DNA from: Nitrosopumilus sp. | GTDB lineage: Archaea; Thermoproteota; Nitrososphaeria; Nitrososphaerales; Nitrosopumilaceae | Length of the DNA: 64,000 nucleotides | Direction: 5' to 3' | NCBI GenBank assembly: GCA_965218695.1 | Contig: OZ244651.1 | Span: 1,408,001 to 1,472,000, forward strand | In this document: in pieces, positions 1-10,155 of the stretch | Numbering within the stretch: position 1 is the stretch's first letter | Layout: the number at the start of each line of letters is the position of its first letter | Made by a program: the position numbers and the translations under genes | Notes under the pieces: generated by a model | What the model was told of the DNA's origin: nothing | The model's database searches: none | Seen by the model: only the letters and a program-made list of their open reading frames with translations

Positions 1-193
1 TCATCAGGCTTCTCATCATAGCAGCTGCAGCAGCAGCTGCAGCAGCCTGTTGCATGGTTACTCCCAGGATATTATAGTGAATTGCGTCGTCTGCCCGAGA
101 CTAAGAATCAAAGAAATATGGCCAACGCAAGATCCTGCCCCAAAAATCCAGCCAGGCGCACCATCCCTTAAAGGCTCCCGGAAATCCATACGC

Positions 194-206
194 AAAATAT
201 ACTTAA
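194..206 (+). promoter_or_regulatory. putative BRE/TATA element
   Basis: AAAATATACTTAA about 25-35 bp upstream of the ATG at 230. Confidence 0.4.
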
Positions 207-229
207 GCCGTCCACACCCAACCATATTC

Positions 230-787
230 ATGCTTCCCAGGATAGAGTCCATCAGGCAGATAAGGCAGAAGGTCGGAGTTACGCAAAAAAAGCTTGCAGA
301 CATGACCGGCGTCAGCACGTCGATGATAAACCAGATAGAGTCAGGCAGGAGCAGGCCAAGCTACGACACGGCAAGAAGGATATTTGACAGCCTTGCAACG
401 CTGGAGGGGGCATCCTCGTCGCACACGGTGGGGGACTTTTGCAGCAGCGACATCGTAAGGCTAAAGCCCTCCGACACGCTGCACGACGCAATCAGAAGGA
501 TGCACGAGCTGTCCATCAGCCAGATTCCGGTCATTGACGGAGCCGACGTGGTGGGGCTAATATCCGAAGACGGCATCGTAAGGCACATCTCGGAGATGGG
601 GGAGGCAGGGATCAAGAAGGCAAGGCTCTCAGACACCATGGAGCCGGTCCCCCCGATCGTGGATCACAAGACCCCTGCAAACGTGCTTGTCCCGCTGATA
701 AGATACTCAAAGTGCATACTGGTCTCAAGGAACACGAGGATCGTGGGGATAATTACGGCCTCAGACACCCTCAAGATGATGGAGTGA
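230..787 (+). CDS. XRE-family HTH regulator with C-terminal CBS pair
   Basis: HTH (TQKKLADMTGVSTSMINQIESG) then two CBS motifs; ATG 230 preferred to ORF start 50. Confidence 0.88.
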   Translation: MLPRIESIRQIRQKVGVTQKKLADMTGVSTSMINQIESGRSRPSYDTARRIFDSLATLEGASSSHTVGDFCSSDIVRLKPSDTLHDAIRRMHELSISQIPVIDGADVVGLISEDGIVRHISEMGEAGIKKARLSDTMEPVPPIVDHKTPANVLVPLIRYSKCILVSRNTRIVGIITASDTLKMME

Positions 788-1183
788 CTATTCCGGGCGG
801 GAGCAGAGTTCTGCAAGCACGCCGCCAAGCGACTTTGGGTGGATGAATGTGACCTGCGTTCCCGCAGAGCCCGGCCTTAGCTTTCCCAGGAACCGGATTC
901 CGCACCCCTCCATCCGCTCCACCTCGCCTGAGATGTCGTCAGTCTCCAGCGCGATGTGGTGAAGCCCCGGGCCCCTGCGGTCAAGGAACTTTTTAATCGG
1001 GCTGTCCGGGCTTGTGGGCTGCATCAGCTCAATCCGGCCGTTCTCCAGGTGAATTATTGCCACGCGGACCCCTTCAGACTCCACCGTCTCAAACTCGACT
1101 TCATCGACTCCGAGGGCCTGCTGGTAGACGCGCGCCGACTCCTCCACGTCACTTACGGCGATTGCGACATGATCGATCAGCAC
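788..1183 (-). CDS. mce: methylmalonyl-CoA epimerase
   Basis: VOC motifs IDHVAIAV, IELMQP, GLHHIA, FIHPKSLGGVLAEL; adjacent to the mutase. Confidence 0.93.
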   Translation of the reverse strand: MLIDHVAIAVSDVEESARVYQQALGVDEVEFETVESEGVRVAIIHLENGRIELMQPTSPDSPIKKFLDRRGPGLHHIALETDDISGEVERMEGCGIRFLGKLRPGSAGTQVTFIHPKSLGGVLAELCSRPE

Positions 1184-2776
1184 CTAAAAGACCTCCCTTG
1201 GACGGTACTGGCCAAACACGTCGCGGAACGCATTGCTGATCTCGCCGGTGGTGGCATACGCCCTTGCCGATTCCACGATATACGGCATCAGGTTCTCGTC
1301 GGTGTCGGCTGCCGACTTCATCGCGTGCAGCGCGTCCTGGCATCTTTTTTCGTCCCGGGATGCGCGCAGTGCCTTGATCGCCCTCTTCTGCTGGACCTCG
1401 ATCTTGCCGCCGATCCTGAGCAGCTTGGGCTGCGCCTCCTCCTCTGAGTATTTGTTGACGCCCACAAGTATCCTCTGGCCCTCGTCTGCCTCCTTTTTGA
1501 GCCGGTAGGCGTTCTGCCTAATCTCGGACTGGAAGAACCCCCTCTCGATTGCCCGAACCGAGCCGCCCATCCTCTCGATCCTCTTGAGGTACCGCCAGAC
1601 GCCTGCCTCTATCCCGTCGCACAGATCCTCTAGGTAGTGCGAGCCTGCCATCGGGTCGACAGTCTTTGTGATTCCGCTCTCGTGTGCCACGATCTGCTGC
1701 GTCCTGAGCGCGATCTTGGCAGACTCTTGCGTCGGAAGGGCAAGCGCCTCGTCCCGGGAATTGGTGTGAAGCGACTGGGTGCCGCCCATCACCGCAGCCA
1801 TGGTCTGGATTGCGACCCGGACTATGTTGTTGTCCGGCTGCTGTGCGGTGAGCGACTCGCCGCTGGTCTGGGTGTGAAACTTTAGCTGCATCGAGCGCGG
1901 GTTCTTTGCATGAAACATCTCCTTGAGTATCTTGGCGTAGACCTTTCTTGCGACCCTGAACTTGGCCACCTCCTCGAAGAACTCGATGGTACAGCAAAAG
2001 AAGAACGACAGGCGCGGGGCAAAGTCGTCTATCTTGAGGCCCCTGTCGAGGCATGTCTGGATGTATGCGATGGCGTTTGCCAGCGTGAACGCGACCTCCT
2101 GGGTTGCGGTGCATCCGGCCTCCCTCATGTGGTACCCGGATATCGATACAGGATACCATGACGGGACGTGCTCTGCGCAGTACCCTATCATGTCGCCGAT
2201 CAGGCGCATTGAGGGCTTTGGCGGATAGATGTACGTGTTTCGTGCGATGTACTCCTTGAGGATGTCGTTTTGTGTCGTGCCCCGCAGCTGATTACTCTGG
2301 AATCTCTGGGACTGGCCCACTGCGATATAGTATGCAAGCAGCGTGGATGCAGTGGAGTTGATGGTCATGGAGGTGCTGACCTTTCCCAGCGGAATACCGT
2401 CAAACGCAGTCATCATGTCCTTGATTGACGTGATGGATACCCCGACCTTTCCCACCTCGCCTTCTGCCTGCGGGGAGTCAGAGTCGTAGCCTATCTGGGT
2501 TGGCAGGTCAAATGCCATGCTCAGGCCCGTCTGGCCCTTCTCAAGCATGAACTTGAACCGCTCGTTGGTGAGCTGCGCGTCGCCAAACCCGGAGTACTGC
2601 CTCATCGTCCACAGCCGGTCCCGGTACATCCCGGGATGAATTCCCCTGGTGAACGGGTACCTTCCGGAATCCCCGGACGGCGGCCTGTCCTTGGAGGATC
2701 TGCGGTGGATCCTCTTTACGGGTATGTTCGAATCAGTAAATATCTTGGCATTATCACCATTAGGCTTTGCATTCAT
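1184..2776 (-). CDS. methylmalonyl-CoA mutase, large (substrate-binding) subunit
   Basis: YPFTRG, WTMRQYSGFG, GLSMAFDLPTQ, QNDILKEY, GGTQSLHTNSRDEA. Confidence 0.96.
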   Translation of the reverse strand: MNAKPNGDNAKIFTDSNIPVKRIHRRSSKDRPPSGDSGRYPFTRGIHPGMYRDRLWTMRQYSGFGDAQLTNERFKFMLEKGQTGLSMAFDLPTQIGYDSDSPQAEGEVGKVGVSITSIKDMMTAFDGIPLGKVSTSMTINSTASTLLAYYIAVGQSQRFQSNQLRGTTQNDILKEYIARNTYIYPPKPSMRLIGDMIGYCAEHVPSWYPVSISGYHMREAGCTATQEVAFTLANAIAYIQTCLDRGLKIDDFAPRLSFFFCCTIEFFEEVAKFRVARKVYAKILKEMFHAKNPRSMQLKFHTQTSGESLTAQQPDNNIVRVAIQTMAAVMGGTQSLHTNSRDEALALPTQESAKIALRTQQIVAHESGITKTVDPMAGSHYLEDLCDGIEAGVWRYLKRIERMGGSVRAIERGFFQSEIRQNAYRLKKEADEGQRILVGVNKYSEEEAQPKLLRIGGKIEVQQKRAIKALRASRDEKRCQDALHAMKSAADTDENLMPYIVESARAYATTGEISNAFRDVFGQYRPREVF

Positions 2777-2782
2777 TAGTCA

Positions 2783-3709
2783 TCACTTCAGTATGGATTT
2801 GGTTATCCTGGCACCTGCCTCAAGCGGATCCATGCTGCCCTCCTGCACCTTGAGAAGGTGCCGCGCAGTGGCCTTGTCGGAGAGTAGCATGTCATCGATT
2901 CTGCCGCGAATGTTATTTAAAATGATATCCTTTAGCTCTGCCTCGAGGCGCAGTTTGCGCGTCTCCTTTTTGGACTCTGCCCTGGACTTCATCATGTCCT
3001 TGAGCACCTTTGCAAACTCGCCGATTCCCGTATTCCTCTTTGCAGACGTCTTGAGGACGATCGGCCTTCTCTCAGAGCCTCCTATGAAGTCCTGCACGGC
3101 ATCAAAGAGCCGGCTAGAGCCTGCAAGATCGCTTTTGTTGATGAGGTAGATGTCGCCAATCTCGGTCAGCCCGGCCTTGATGGTCTGGATGCTGTCGCCG
3201 GTATTGGGGTTGAATACCACCACGGTTATGTCTGCAATCTTGGATATCTCCACCTCGGTCTGTCCTGCCCCGACGCTCTCGATTATTATCGGGTTGAACC
3301 CGGCATACTCCAGCACGCGGATGCTGTTTCTCAGGGAGTCTGCCACCGCGCCTGTCGCGCCCCTTGATGCGATGCTCCGGATATACACGCCAGAGTCGGT
3401 GGACTCGCTCATCCTGACCCTGTCTCCGAGTATGGCGCCCCCGGTGATGTGGCTCGTGGGATCTATTGCCAGCACCGCAGGCTTGGTGCGCAGCTTCCTC
3501 AGGTCCAGAATGGTCTGGTTGATAAGCGAGCTCTTGCCGGCGCCTGCAGGCCCGGTTATCCCGATTATGACAGAGTTTCCAGTCTCCCTGAATATCTCCT
3601 TTAGCAGTTCCCGGGTCCCATCCGGATCGTTTTCCACCGTGGTTATGGCCTTTGCAATGGCACCCCGCCTCCCCTTCTTCAGATCAGGTATCAGATCCAA
3701 TACGGTCAT
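2783..3709 (-). CDS. meaB: MeaB/ArgK GTPase chaperone of methylmalonyl-CoA mutase
   Basis: GITGPAGAGKSS, AIDPTS-GGAILGDRVRM, ESVGAGQTE, NKSD; ATG 3709 chosen. Confidence 0.92.
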   Translation of the reverse strand: MTVLDLIPDLKKGRRGAIAKAITTVENDPDGTRELLKEIFRETGNSVIIGITGPAGAGKSSLINQTILDLRKLRTKPAVLAIDPTSHITGGAILGDRVRMSESTDSGVYIRSIASRGATGAVADSLRNSIRVLEYAGFNPIIIESVGAGQTEVEISKIADITVVVFNPNTGDSIQTIKAGLTEIGDIYLINKSDLAGSSRLFDAVQDFIGGSERRPIVLKTSAKRNTGIGEFAKVLKDMMKSRAESKKETRKLRLEAELKDIILNNIRGRIDDMLLSDKATARHLLKVQEGSMDPLEAGARITKSILK

Positions 3710-4962
3710 GGCTCCAAGGGGCAATAAAATCTTGTTCCCCTTTTTCTTCCCGGAATTTTTCATAATACAGGCAGGCGGACCCGGCAGGGTCGCAGTCACG
3801 GCATACAGCAACGACTCCAGAATTCTTAAACGCTGGGTGACAATGGCGTGCAAGGATCCCGTAATGGAGGGGTGAAATTCTATGGATCAAGGTCGTCAAT
3901 GTGCTTTTGTGCCTGCCTGTTTTTGGGCATGCCATTTTTTACCTTGCCTGCCAACTCCTTTTTGCATGATTCACGCGGAGTCTTGATCATTCTGCGAATT
4001 ACATGGATGGCCATGCATGGGCCTGCCACATAGATGCCTGCAATAACTCCAATCGAGAGAATCCCAAATGTCAGGATCGATGCATCCGAGTTGGAATCTG
4101 CAAGCGTCATGATTCCCAGAGCGTACATTGCAGGCATGATCATTCCCCTCACCACATCGCCAAACATGGGATTCTCCCTTTGGAGATCGGCAATCGCAGG
4201 CGAGAAGGAATAATAGAATTGGTTGAATGCCGTCATGAACGATGCGCCGACGTCGGCGGATAGTAATGTATTGTCCCGGATTTCTCTAAGGAACTGGACC
4301 TGGGGCGCAAGTTCGCTGCCATATGCAGCAGTTGCAACAAGGCATCCACCGCCGTCAGACGACTGTCCGTTCTCTTTTTCAAAAGACGGGTCAGATTCTG
4401 TGCCATACGTGATCTTTATCTGCTCTACCCCCCTCCCAGAATACTCATCCAACGTCAAGTATAGTTCGTCAGTCGTTATCCCTCTGAAAATCTCCCCGTC
4501 TATCTGAGTACTGAATCTGTTTTCCGAATCAATCTGGATGGGCTTCGAATCAAAAGCGACCCATTTTCCGACATAGTCGCTGAACTGGCCCGATACCGTG
4601 ACCGGCTCCCCGTATTCGTAATGTTGCTTGTCGCTGGCAAATGTTACAAAAACGTCATCTCCCCTAAAATTTTTGAACGGGTGGCCGTCAGTCGTATTGT
4701 TTGCGACGTTAAAATACATGATGTCGTAGCCGTAGAATCTTCCGTCCGCCTTGACGGTGGCAGGCCCCTCACCCACTGCGCGGATCGTCGCCTCCAAATG
4801 AAATGACAGCAGGACGGGTGGAAGATCTTGGTAGTATGCCAAAGTACCGCTATCGGTCCGTTCTGAATCCGGGGCGTCTACAAACACAAGGTTATCACTC
4901 AGTGTTATGCCAAAACGTTTGTAATCGTCGGGGAATGGGAGAATCTTCTCAGGATCCACGTT

Positions 4963-6254
4963 CAGTCTTCCCAGAAGTACCTGAAAACAGCCCAAAATCA
5001 AAACAGATCAATTAGGGCAATCTCAGAAGGTCATCGAACTACCAATGAACCAACTGAGACGCGACTTGCTTAACAACCCACGCATATATCAAGATGTTCT
5101 GGACACGGTAGGGGCAGGCATGTCCCCGTGCATCATGGTCTCACACAGGCACAATGCCATCTACGGCACCGAGGATTTTCACAGAAGCATGGCAGGCGCA
5201 TGTGCGCACGGCAGGCAGGTGGCCGGATGCACCAGGTCCTCCAAGAGAATCGGCGGTGCAGACGGGGACTCACGCCCAAGTGATGAGTGGATGCGCGATG
5301 CGGCATCCCGGACGCGTGGCAGCAACGTCTACAAATGCTTTGCCAAGACAGTCGTTCTGCAGCTTGACCAGATGCGCAAGATGAGACTGCTCAAGAAAGA
5401 CCAGGAGATTGACTTGGCAATCGACATGCACCTGATACCCAGATACGACAAGAGCTACGGGGCAGAACTGGTGCGCTCAAAGGCCAAGGACGGGACACAC
5501 GTCTTTGAGAGGTACATCACGATACAGTCCACGGTTCAGAACCTTCGCCTCGTGTTAGGCGTCCTGAACATGCCGTCACTTGAGGATACTGCCGATTTCG
5601 TGCGTAAAATCATCGGCTCTGCACGGGACGTGGGGGCCTGCATCGGAATGGCGATGCTGGACAGGGAGTTCTTTACGGCAGACGTAATGGGGACGCTTGG
5701 GGACATGGGCATCAAATATCTGATACCATGCAAGAATACGGATACTGTGGTGGATGCCATCGCAGAGTTTGCTACAGGCAGGCGCGGCCGCGTCTCCAAA
5801 TCCGTCATCGTCGGGGGAGATGGCAGGGAGGTGTCGTATACGATGACCATCACAGAAAGGAAGAAGAGGAAGAAAAGAAAGGACGACGACGAGCTGCTGC
5901 CGCACGAGAAATACATCGGGTTTGTCACCAACGTCCCCGACGTGGATCCGGACTCGTACGGGAACAGGTGGGGCATAGAGACTGGATACCGGATGATAGA
6001 AAACACAAGGGCCAAGACGCACAGCAAGAACCCGATGGCGCGACTTTTGTGCTTTGTGTACTCTGTAGCCGTCTTTAACGCTTGGGTAATGGCAAACGCA
6101 ACGCTGATGCACGTTACCGGGATTTATCCCACGGATCCCCCGATCACCCAACAGGATCTCAGGGACATGCTGCTGTTGCTGATCGTATTTGGCTACAAAG
6201 AGCCGCCGGAGCCCCCGCCGCCGGTGCTACCCTGAGCTACTTCTGGGAAGACTG
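4963..6254 (+). mobile_element. IS4-superfamily (ISH3-like) insertion sequence
   Basis: Perfect 17-bp TIR CAGTCTTCCCAGAAGTA / TACTTCTGGGAAGACTG; 5-bp TSD ACGTT (4958-62, 6255-59). Confidence 0.93.
5045..6235 (+). CDS. ISH3-like DDE transposase
   Basis: AIDMHLIPRY, LDREFF, Y-x2-RWGIETGYR. Confidence 0.9.
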   Translation: MNQLRRDLLNNPRIYQDVLDTVGAGMSPCIMVSHRHNAIYGTEDFHRSMAGACAHGRQVAGCTRSSKRIGGADGDSRPSDEWMRDAASRTRGSNVYKCFAKTVVLQLDQMRKMRLLKKDQEIDLAIDMHLIPRYDKSYGAELVRSKAKDGTHVFERYITIQSTVQNLRLVLGVLNMPSLEDTADFVRKIIGSARDVGACIGMAMLDREFFTADVMGTLGDMGIKYLIPCKNTDTVVDAIAEFATGRRGRVSKSVIVGGDGREVSYTMTITERKKRKKRKDDDELLPHEKYIGFVTNVPDVDPDSYGNRWGIETGYRMIENTRAKTHSKNPMARLLCFVYSVAVFNAWVMANATLMHVTGIYPTDPPITQQDLRDMLLLLIVFGYKEPPEPPPPVLP

Positions 6255-7142
6255 ACGTTTGAAACTGTAACCGTCGCAGTTTCTCCCAAGTTTGGCAAGT
6301 TTGAGATGGATATGTCGGTATTGCCCATCTTGGCATTCCATGACAAACCAACTGAGTATGGAATACAATAGTTGCCGGTGCTTGCTCTCACTCCAGTGGA
6401 GCAGAATGCATTGGATGCATACGCGTTGACGTCTAGTGGCGGATTGTCGCCTATGTGTTTCCATTCATAAAATGACAGGCCGGGAAGATAAAATCCATAT
6501 CCGCTCTTGATCAATTCGTTCCTTTCGTCATGCGAAACACAGACTTTTTCCCGATCTGAGTTTCTAATCAGATAATGCTTGTCGGCATCGCATGGATTTG
6601 TCAGTAGGTCCTCATAAAATGCCGCAAACTCAACAAACGACATGGGTTCAAGCACAGTGCACTCGTCCCCGATATGCCAGTTCTCTCCAGCCAGGCTGTA
6701 CCCGACAACGTATCTGTCCCCGGCCTTTACGGCGTGCGCATTGATCACACTCACGGAATCCGATTCCAGTGGGAATTCCTTGTTGCCATAAATTACTTCG
6801 TCAATGGTAAAAGCGGTGGTTGCCCGACTCGAGAGAAGAAAATCCCCATTGAATTCGGGAGGATCATAAATTTTCTCCTCGGAGGAGACAACGGTAACAG
6901 TCACGATTGCAACCCTTTCCCCGTCATATCCGAATAAGGCGTCTGGGTGATAGCACACGGTTGCGTTTGCCTCCTGACTGAAGACCATGCCATTGAGACC
7001 AAGCAACAGACTTGCAAAAAAGACAGCTCTGACTGATTGCATCATCTTGCCCTGACGGCCAGCATTGCGGGCGGTGTCCATGGAGTTGATTATCAGCGGA
7101 CTTGTAAATAACTGCCATGCCCAACCCTGCCGGCCTGCATCA

Positions 7143-7553
7143 TCATTCCCCGGCATAGATTATCGGGGGGACGGGATCCCCCAGGGGGTAAATCTCGGTC
7201 TTGATCTGCACGTGTCCGAACTCGCTGTGCTCGACTTCAAGCACTACCGGGTGCACTGCCCAGCCGTGCTTGGGGGTACCCTGGAATGGCACAGTCTCGG
7301 TAAACCCGGAGCCCTCGAACCTTTTCTGGAACGATTCGGACATTCCAAGAATCTCGAGCACCACCGAGTCGGTGTTGCCTGAGATGTCATCATAGATGAT
7401 CTCCACGTTTCCGGTGTCATGGTATATGGCGCTGACATGAAGCGTCTCCCTAAGGGCCGTATCGTCCCCCCCTCTGTCCCCGGTCAAAAATATGAGTGCC
7501 AATATAGTGACCACTCCAAGAAGGATCGGGGCGGTAAACCTAGCCATCCCCAA
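7143..7553 (-). CDS. hypothetical membrane-anchored protein
   Basis: N-terminal hydrophobic helix; overlaps the end of the aminopeptidase gene, operon-like. Confidence 0.7.
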   Translation of the reverse strand: MGMARFTAPILLGVVTILALIFLTGDRGGDDTALRETLHVSAIYHDTGNVEIIYDDISGNTDSVVLEILGMSESFQKRFEGSGFTETVPFQGTPKHGWAVHPVVLEVEHSEFGHVQIKTEIYPLGDPVPPIIYAGE

Positions 7554-10044
7554 ACTCCCGATTCATCCTTCTGAGAAGGGCAGAGTGTATACGCACCCTC
7601 TCAAGCATCTGTGCCTGCGTCCTCTCTGTTCCGGGCGCGGGGTTCTCCTTGAAGAATGCCGCTATCTCGGACTCCATGGAGTCGTCTGCCACAGACGATA
7701 TGCTGGCAACTATCCGGTTGAGCAGCGGGTTTCCGGAGCCGACCTTCCTGTTGAGCCGCTTCCAGTTCTTCTTCAGCCACGGCCACAGGATCTTTTTGCC
7801 GTGCGGGTTGGCAGCCACCTTCATTATCGGCAGCTGCATGTTCTGGGAGCGGACCTCGGGTGTCTGTGAAAAGTTGAGTGTCTTGGTGAGAAGCCGCGTG
7901 TCTTGGAACCCGCACATGGCGCCCAGAAACCTGAGCCTCTCCTCTGCGGTGCCGGCGTTCCTGTACAGATCCAGCAGCTGGGCAAACGTCTTGGCGTTTC
8001 CGTTCCAGGCTGCAATGGAGCAGACAGGCTCGATGAGGTCGGGCCTGAGGGAGTCGGGGGATTCCAGGAATCGGTCGTACCGCGCACGCGCCTCGGCAGC
8101 CACTTCTGCATCATTCATCCGCCCCAGCGCAGATATCACAAACGTGCGCAGCATGGCATCGGTGTGGCTGTCCGTCTTTTTGGGGTTCCATCCCAGGCGC
8201 CGAAGCATCGCCTTGAGGTGGCGCCGGGCGTACCTGCCGACCTCTCCTGAGAACCCCTCGTGGAATGCGCCAAAGTACAGCGATGCCAGGTTGCGTGCGA
8301 CGTTGAGGGATGCCATGTAGCTCTCCTCGTCAATGTACGCATCCGAAAAGTCCAGGTAGTTTCGTACCGTCTTGTCGCCGGATACGCAAAGAGAGAAGAG
8401 ATCGTTTTGGATTGCCCACCGGTCTATTGCGGGAATCTCCTTTTTATCCACCAGCGGCTTGAGGTCAGAGAGCATCGCGTCATCGTACCTGACCCGGTAG
8501 AATCCCTTTCGTCCGTGGTTCACGACGGGTCCCAGGGTACCCTTGGGAAGCCTCACCGACACGGACTCTTTCTTGAGGAGCCTCCTTGATGACTCGTCTT
8601 GGAGTCCCATGGACAGCGGGATGTGCCAGAGTCCGCCGGAGTGATCCTCGTCGTGCTCCAGCAGGTAGCGCCTCTGCTCGAGGCGCAGGGTGCTGCTGCC
8701 GCTCCGGCTTGCCAGGACCAGCGGGAACCCGGGCTGCTTGAGCCAGGTGTCCACCATGGATGCCACGGGCATCCCAGACGCCCTGCCAATCGCGTTCCAC
8801 AGATCCCTTCCCTCTGCGTTTCCGTACTTGAAGTCGGACAGGTACCTCTTGAGGCCCTTTTGGAAGTTCGGCTCGCCGACATAGTGCTCAAGCATCCGCA
8901 GTATGCACCCCCCCTTGTCGTACGATATCGCGTCAAATATCTCCCGGATCTCTGCAGGCGAGTTTACCGTGACGTCTATCGGGTGGGTGGTCTTCAGGGA
9001 GTCGATTCCCATTGCAGCCAGCATGGCATCATCTACAAACTGGCTCCACAGGTCCCATTCTGGATAGAACCGGTCGACAAACTTTGTCGCCATGAACGTG
9101 GCAAAGCTCTCGTTGAGCCACAGGTCGTTCCACCACTTCATGGTGACCAGGTTTCCAAACCACTGGTGCGCGATCTCGTGGGAGATGACTTCTGCGATGA
9201 ACTGCTTGGTCCTAGTGGAGGAGGTCTTGGGGTCGTAAAGCAGGATCGTCTCCCGGAACGTGATGGCCCCCCAGTTCTCCATGGCGCCTGCAGCAAAGTC
9301 CGGGATGGCAATCAGGTCCAGTTTGGGCAGGGGGTACTTTATCCCAAAGTATTCCTCGTATGAGGCCAGCAGCTTCTTGCCCAGATTCAGCGAGTATCTT
9401 CCGCGGGACTTGTTTCCCTTTGTGGTTACGACCCGGATTCTGGTATCTCCTGTCCGTCCCGAGAGGTACTCAAACTCGCCCACGCCAAGATAGATCAGGT
9501 AGGTGGGGGTTACCGGGGTCTTTGCAAACCGGTGTGTCGTTTTGCCCCCGGATCTCTTCTTTGAGAGGACGGGCATGTTTGATATTGCAGAGAGGGCGTC
9601 GTCTGCCACTATGGATATCTCAAATGTGGCCTTTGCCATGGGCTCGTCCCAGCACGGAAACGCGCGCCTTGCATCGGCTGCCTCAAACTGCGTCGTGGCA
9701 AGATACTTTGTCGTGCCGTCCTGCTCGTACCGGCTTCGGTAGAAGCCAAGGAGACGGTCGTTTAGCGTCCCCTGAAACTTTACAGATATCGTTACAGGGC
9801 CCTTGATCTTCTCGTCCAGCGTTATCCTCAGTTCCTCTTGTTTATCGTCGGTGGCATGGGTGGAGCCGATCTTTTTGCCTTCGTACTCCACCACGCATGA
9901 TCTTATCTTCAGTTCTGCACAGTGCATGGTTATCCTGTCGGTATTTACCATGCAGGATGCAGAGATTGTCTCGGTTCCCTCAAAGACAAACTTTTCAAGA
10001 TCCGGCTCAAAGATCAGATTATAGTTAATGGGCTTTACGTCCAC
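7540..10044 (-). CDS. pepN: M1 family aminopeptidase (aminopeptidase N / tricorn-interacting factor type)
   Basis: GAMENWG, HEIAH-x18-E zinc motif, YDKG, ERAP1-like C-terminus; GTG 10044 chosen. Confidence 0.94.
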   Translation of the reverse strand: MDVKPINYNLIFEPDLEKFVFEGTETISASCMVNTDRITMHCAELKIRSCVVEYEGKKIGSTHATDDKQEELRITLDEKIKGPVTISVKFQGTLNDRLLGFYRSRYEQDGTTKYLATTQFEAADARRAFPCWDEPMAKATFEISIVADDALSAISNMPVLSKKRSGGKTTHRFAKTPVTPTYLIYLGVGEFEYLSGRTGDTRIRVVTTKGNKSRGRYSLNLGKKLLASYEEYFGIKYPLPKLDLIAIPDFAAGAMENWGAITFRETILLYDPKTSSTRTKQFIAEVISHEIAHQWFGNLVTMKWWNDLWLNESFATFMATKFVDRFYPEWDLWSQFVDDAMLAAMGIDSLKTTHPIDVTVNSPAEIREIFDAISYDKGGCILRMLEHYVGEPNFQKGLKRYLSDFKYGNAEGRDLWNAIGRASGMPVASMVDTWLKQPGFPLVLASRSGSSTLRLEQRRYLLEHDEDHSGGLWHIPLSMGLQDESSRRLLKKESVSVRLPKGTLGPVVNHGRKGFYRVRYDDAMLSDLKPLVDKKEIPAIDRWAIQNDLFSLCVSGDKTVRNYLDFSDAYIDEESYMASLNVARNLASLYFGAFHEGFSGEVGRYARRHLKAMLRRLGWNPKKTDSHTDAMLRTFVISALGRMNDAEVAAEARARYDRFLESPDSLRPDLIEPVCSIAAWNGNAKTFAQLLDLYRNAGTAEERLRFLGAMCGFQDTRLLTKTLNFSQTPEVRSQNMQLPIMKVAANPHGKKILWPWLKKNWKRLNRKVGSGNPLLNRIVASISSVADDSMESEIAAFFKENPAPGTERTQAQMLERVRIHSALLRRMNREFGDG

Positions 10045-10155
10045 GGCTGTTCTCTTTTTGTTGCGCCATAAGTAGATTTTCCGGCATGGGATTACATGCA
10101 GAGCCCAGTGGGGGCAATGCAAACCTCAAATACGCACGCTCCATGTGTAATCATA

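Larger units (their letters stand above)
3880..7081 (-). pseudogene. secreted CFI-box-CTERM surface protein (about 620-635 aa) interrupted by an ISH3-type IS
   Basis: Signal peptide in ORF 6227-7156; GGCLVATAAYGSELAPQVQFLREIRDN plus TM tail in ORF 3880-5001; removing the IS and one ACGTT joins TVTVSN-VDPEKIL in frame. Confidence 0.88.
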
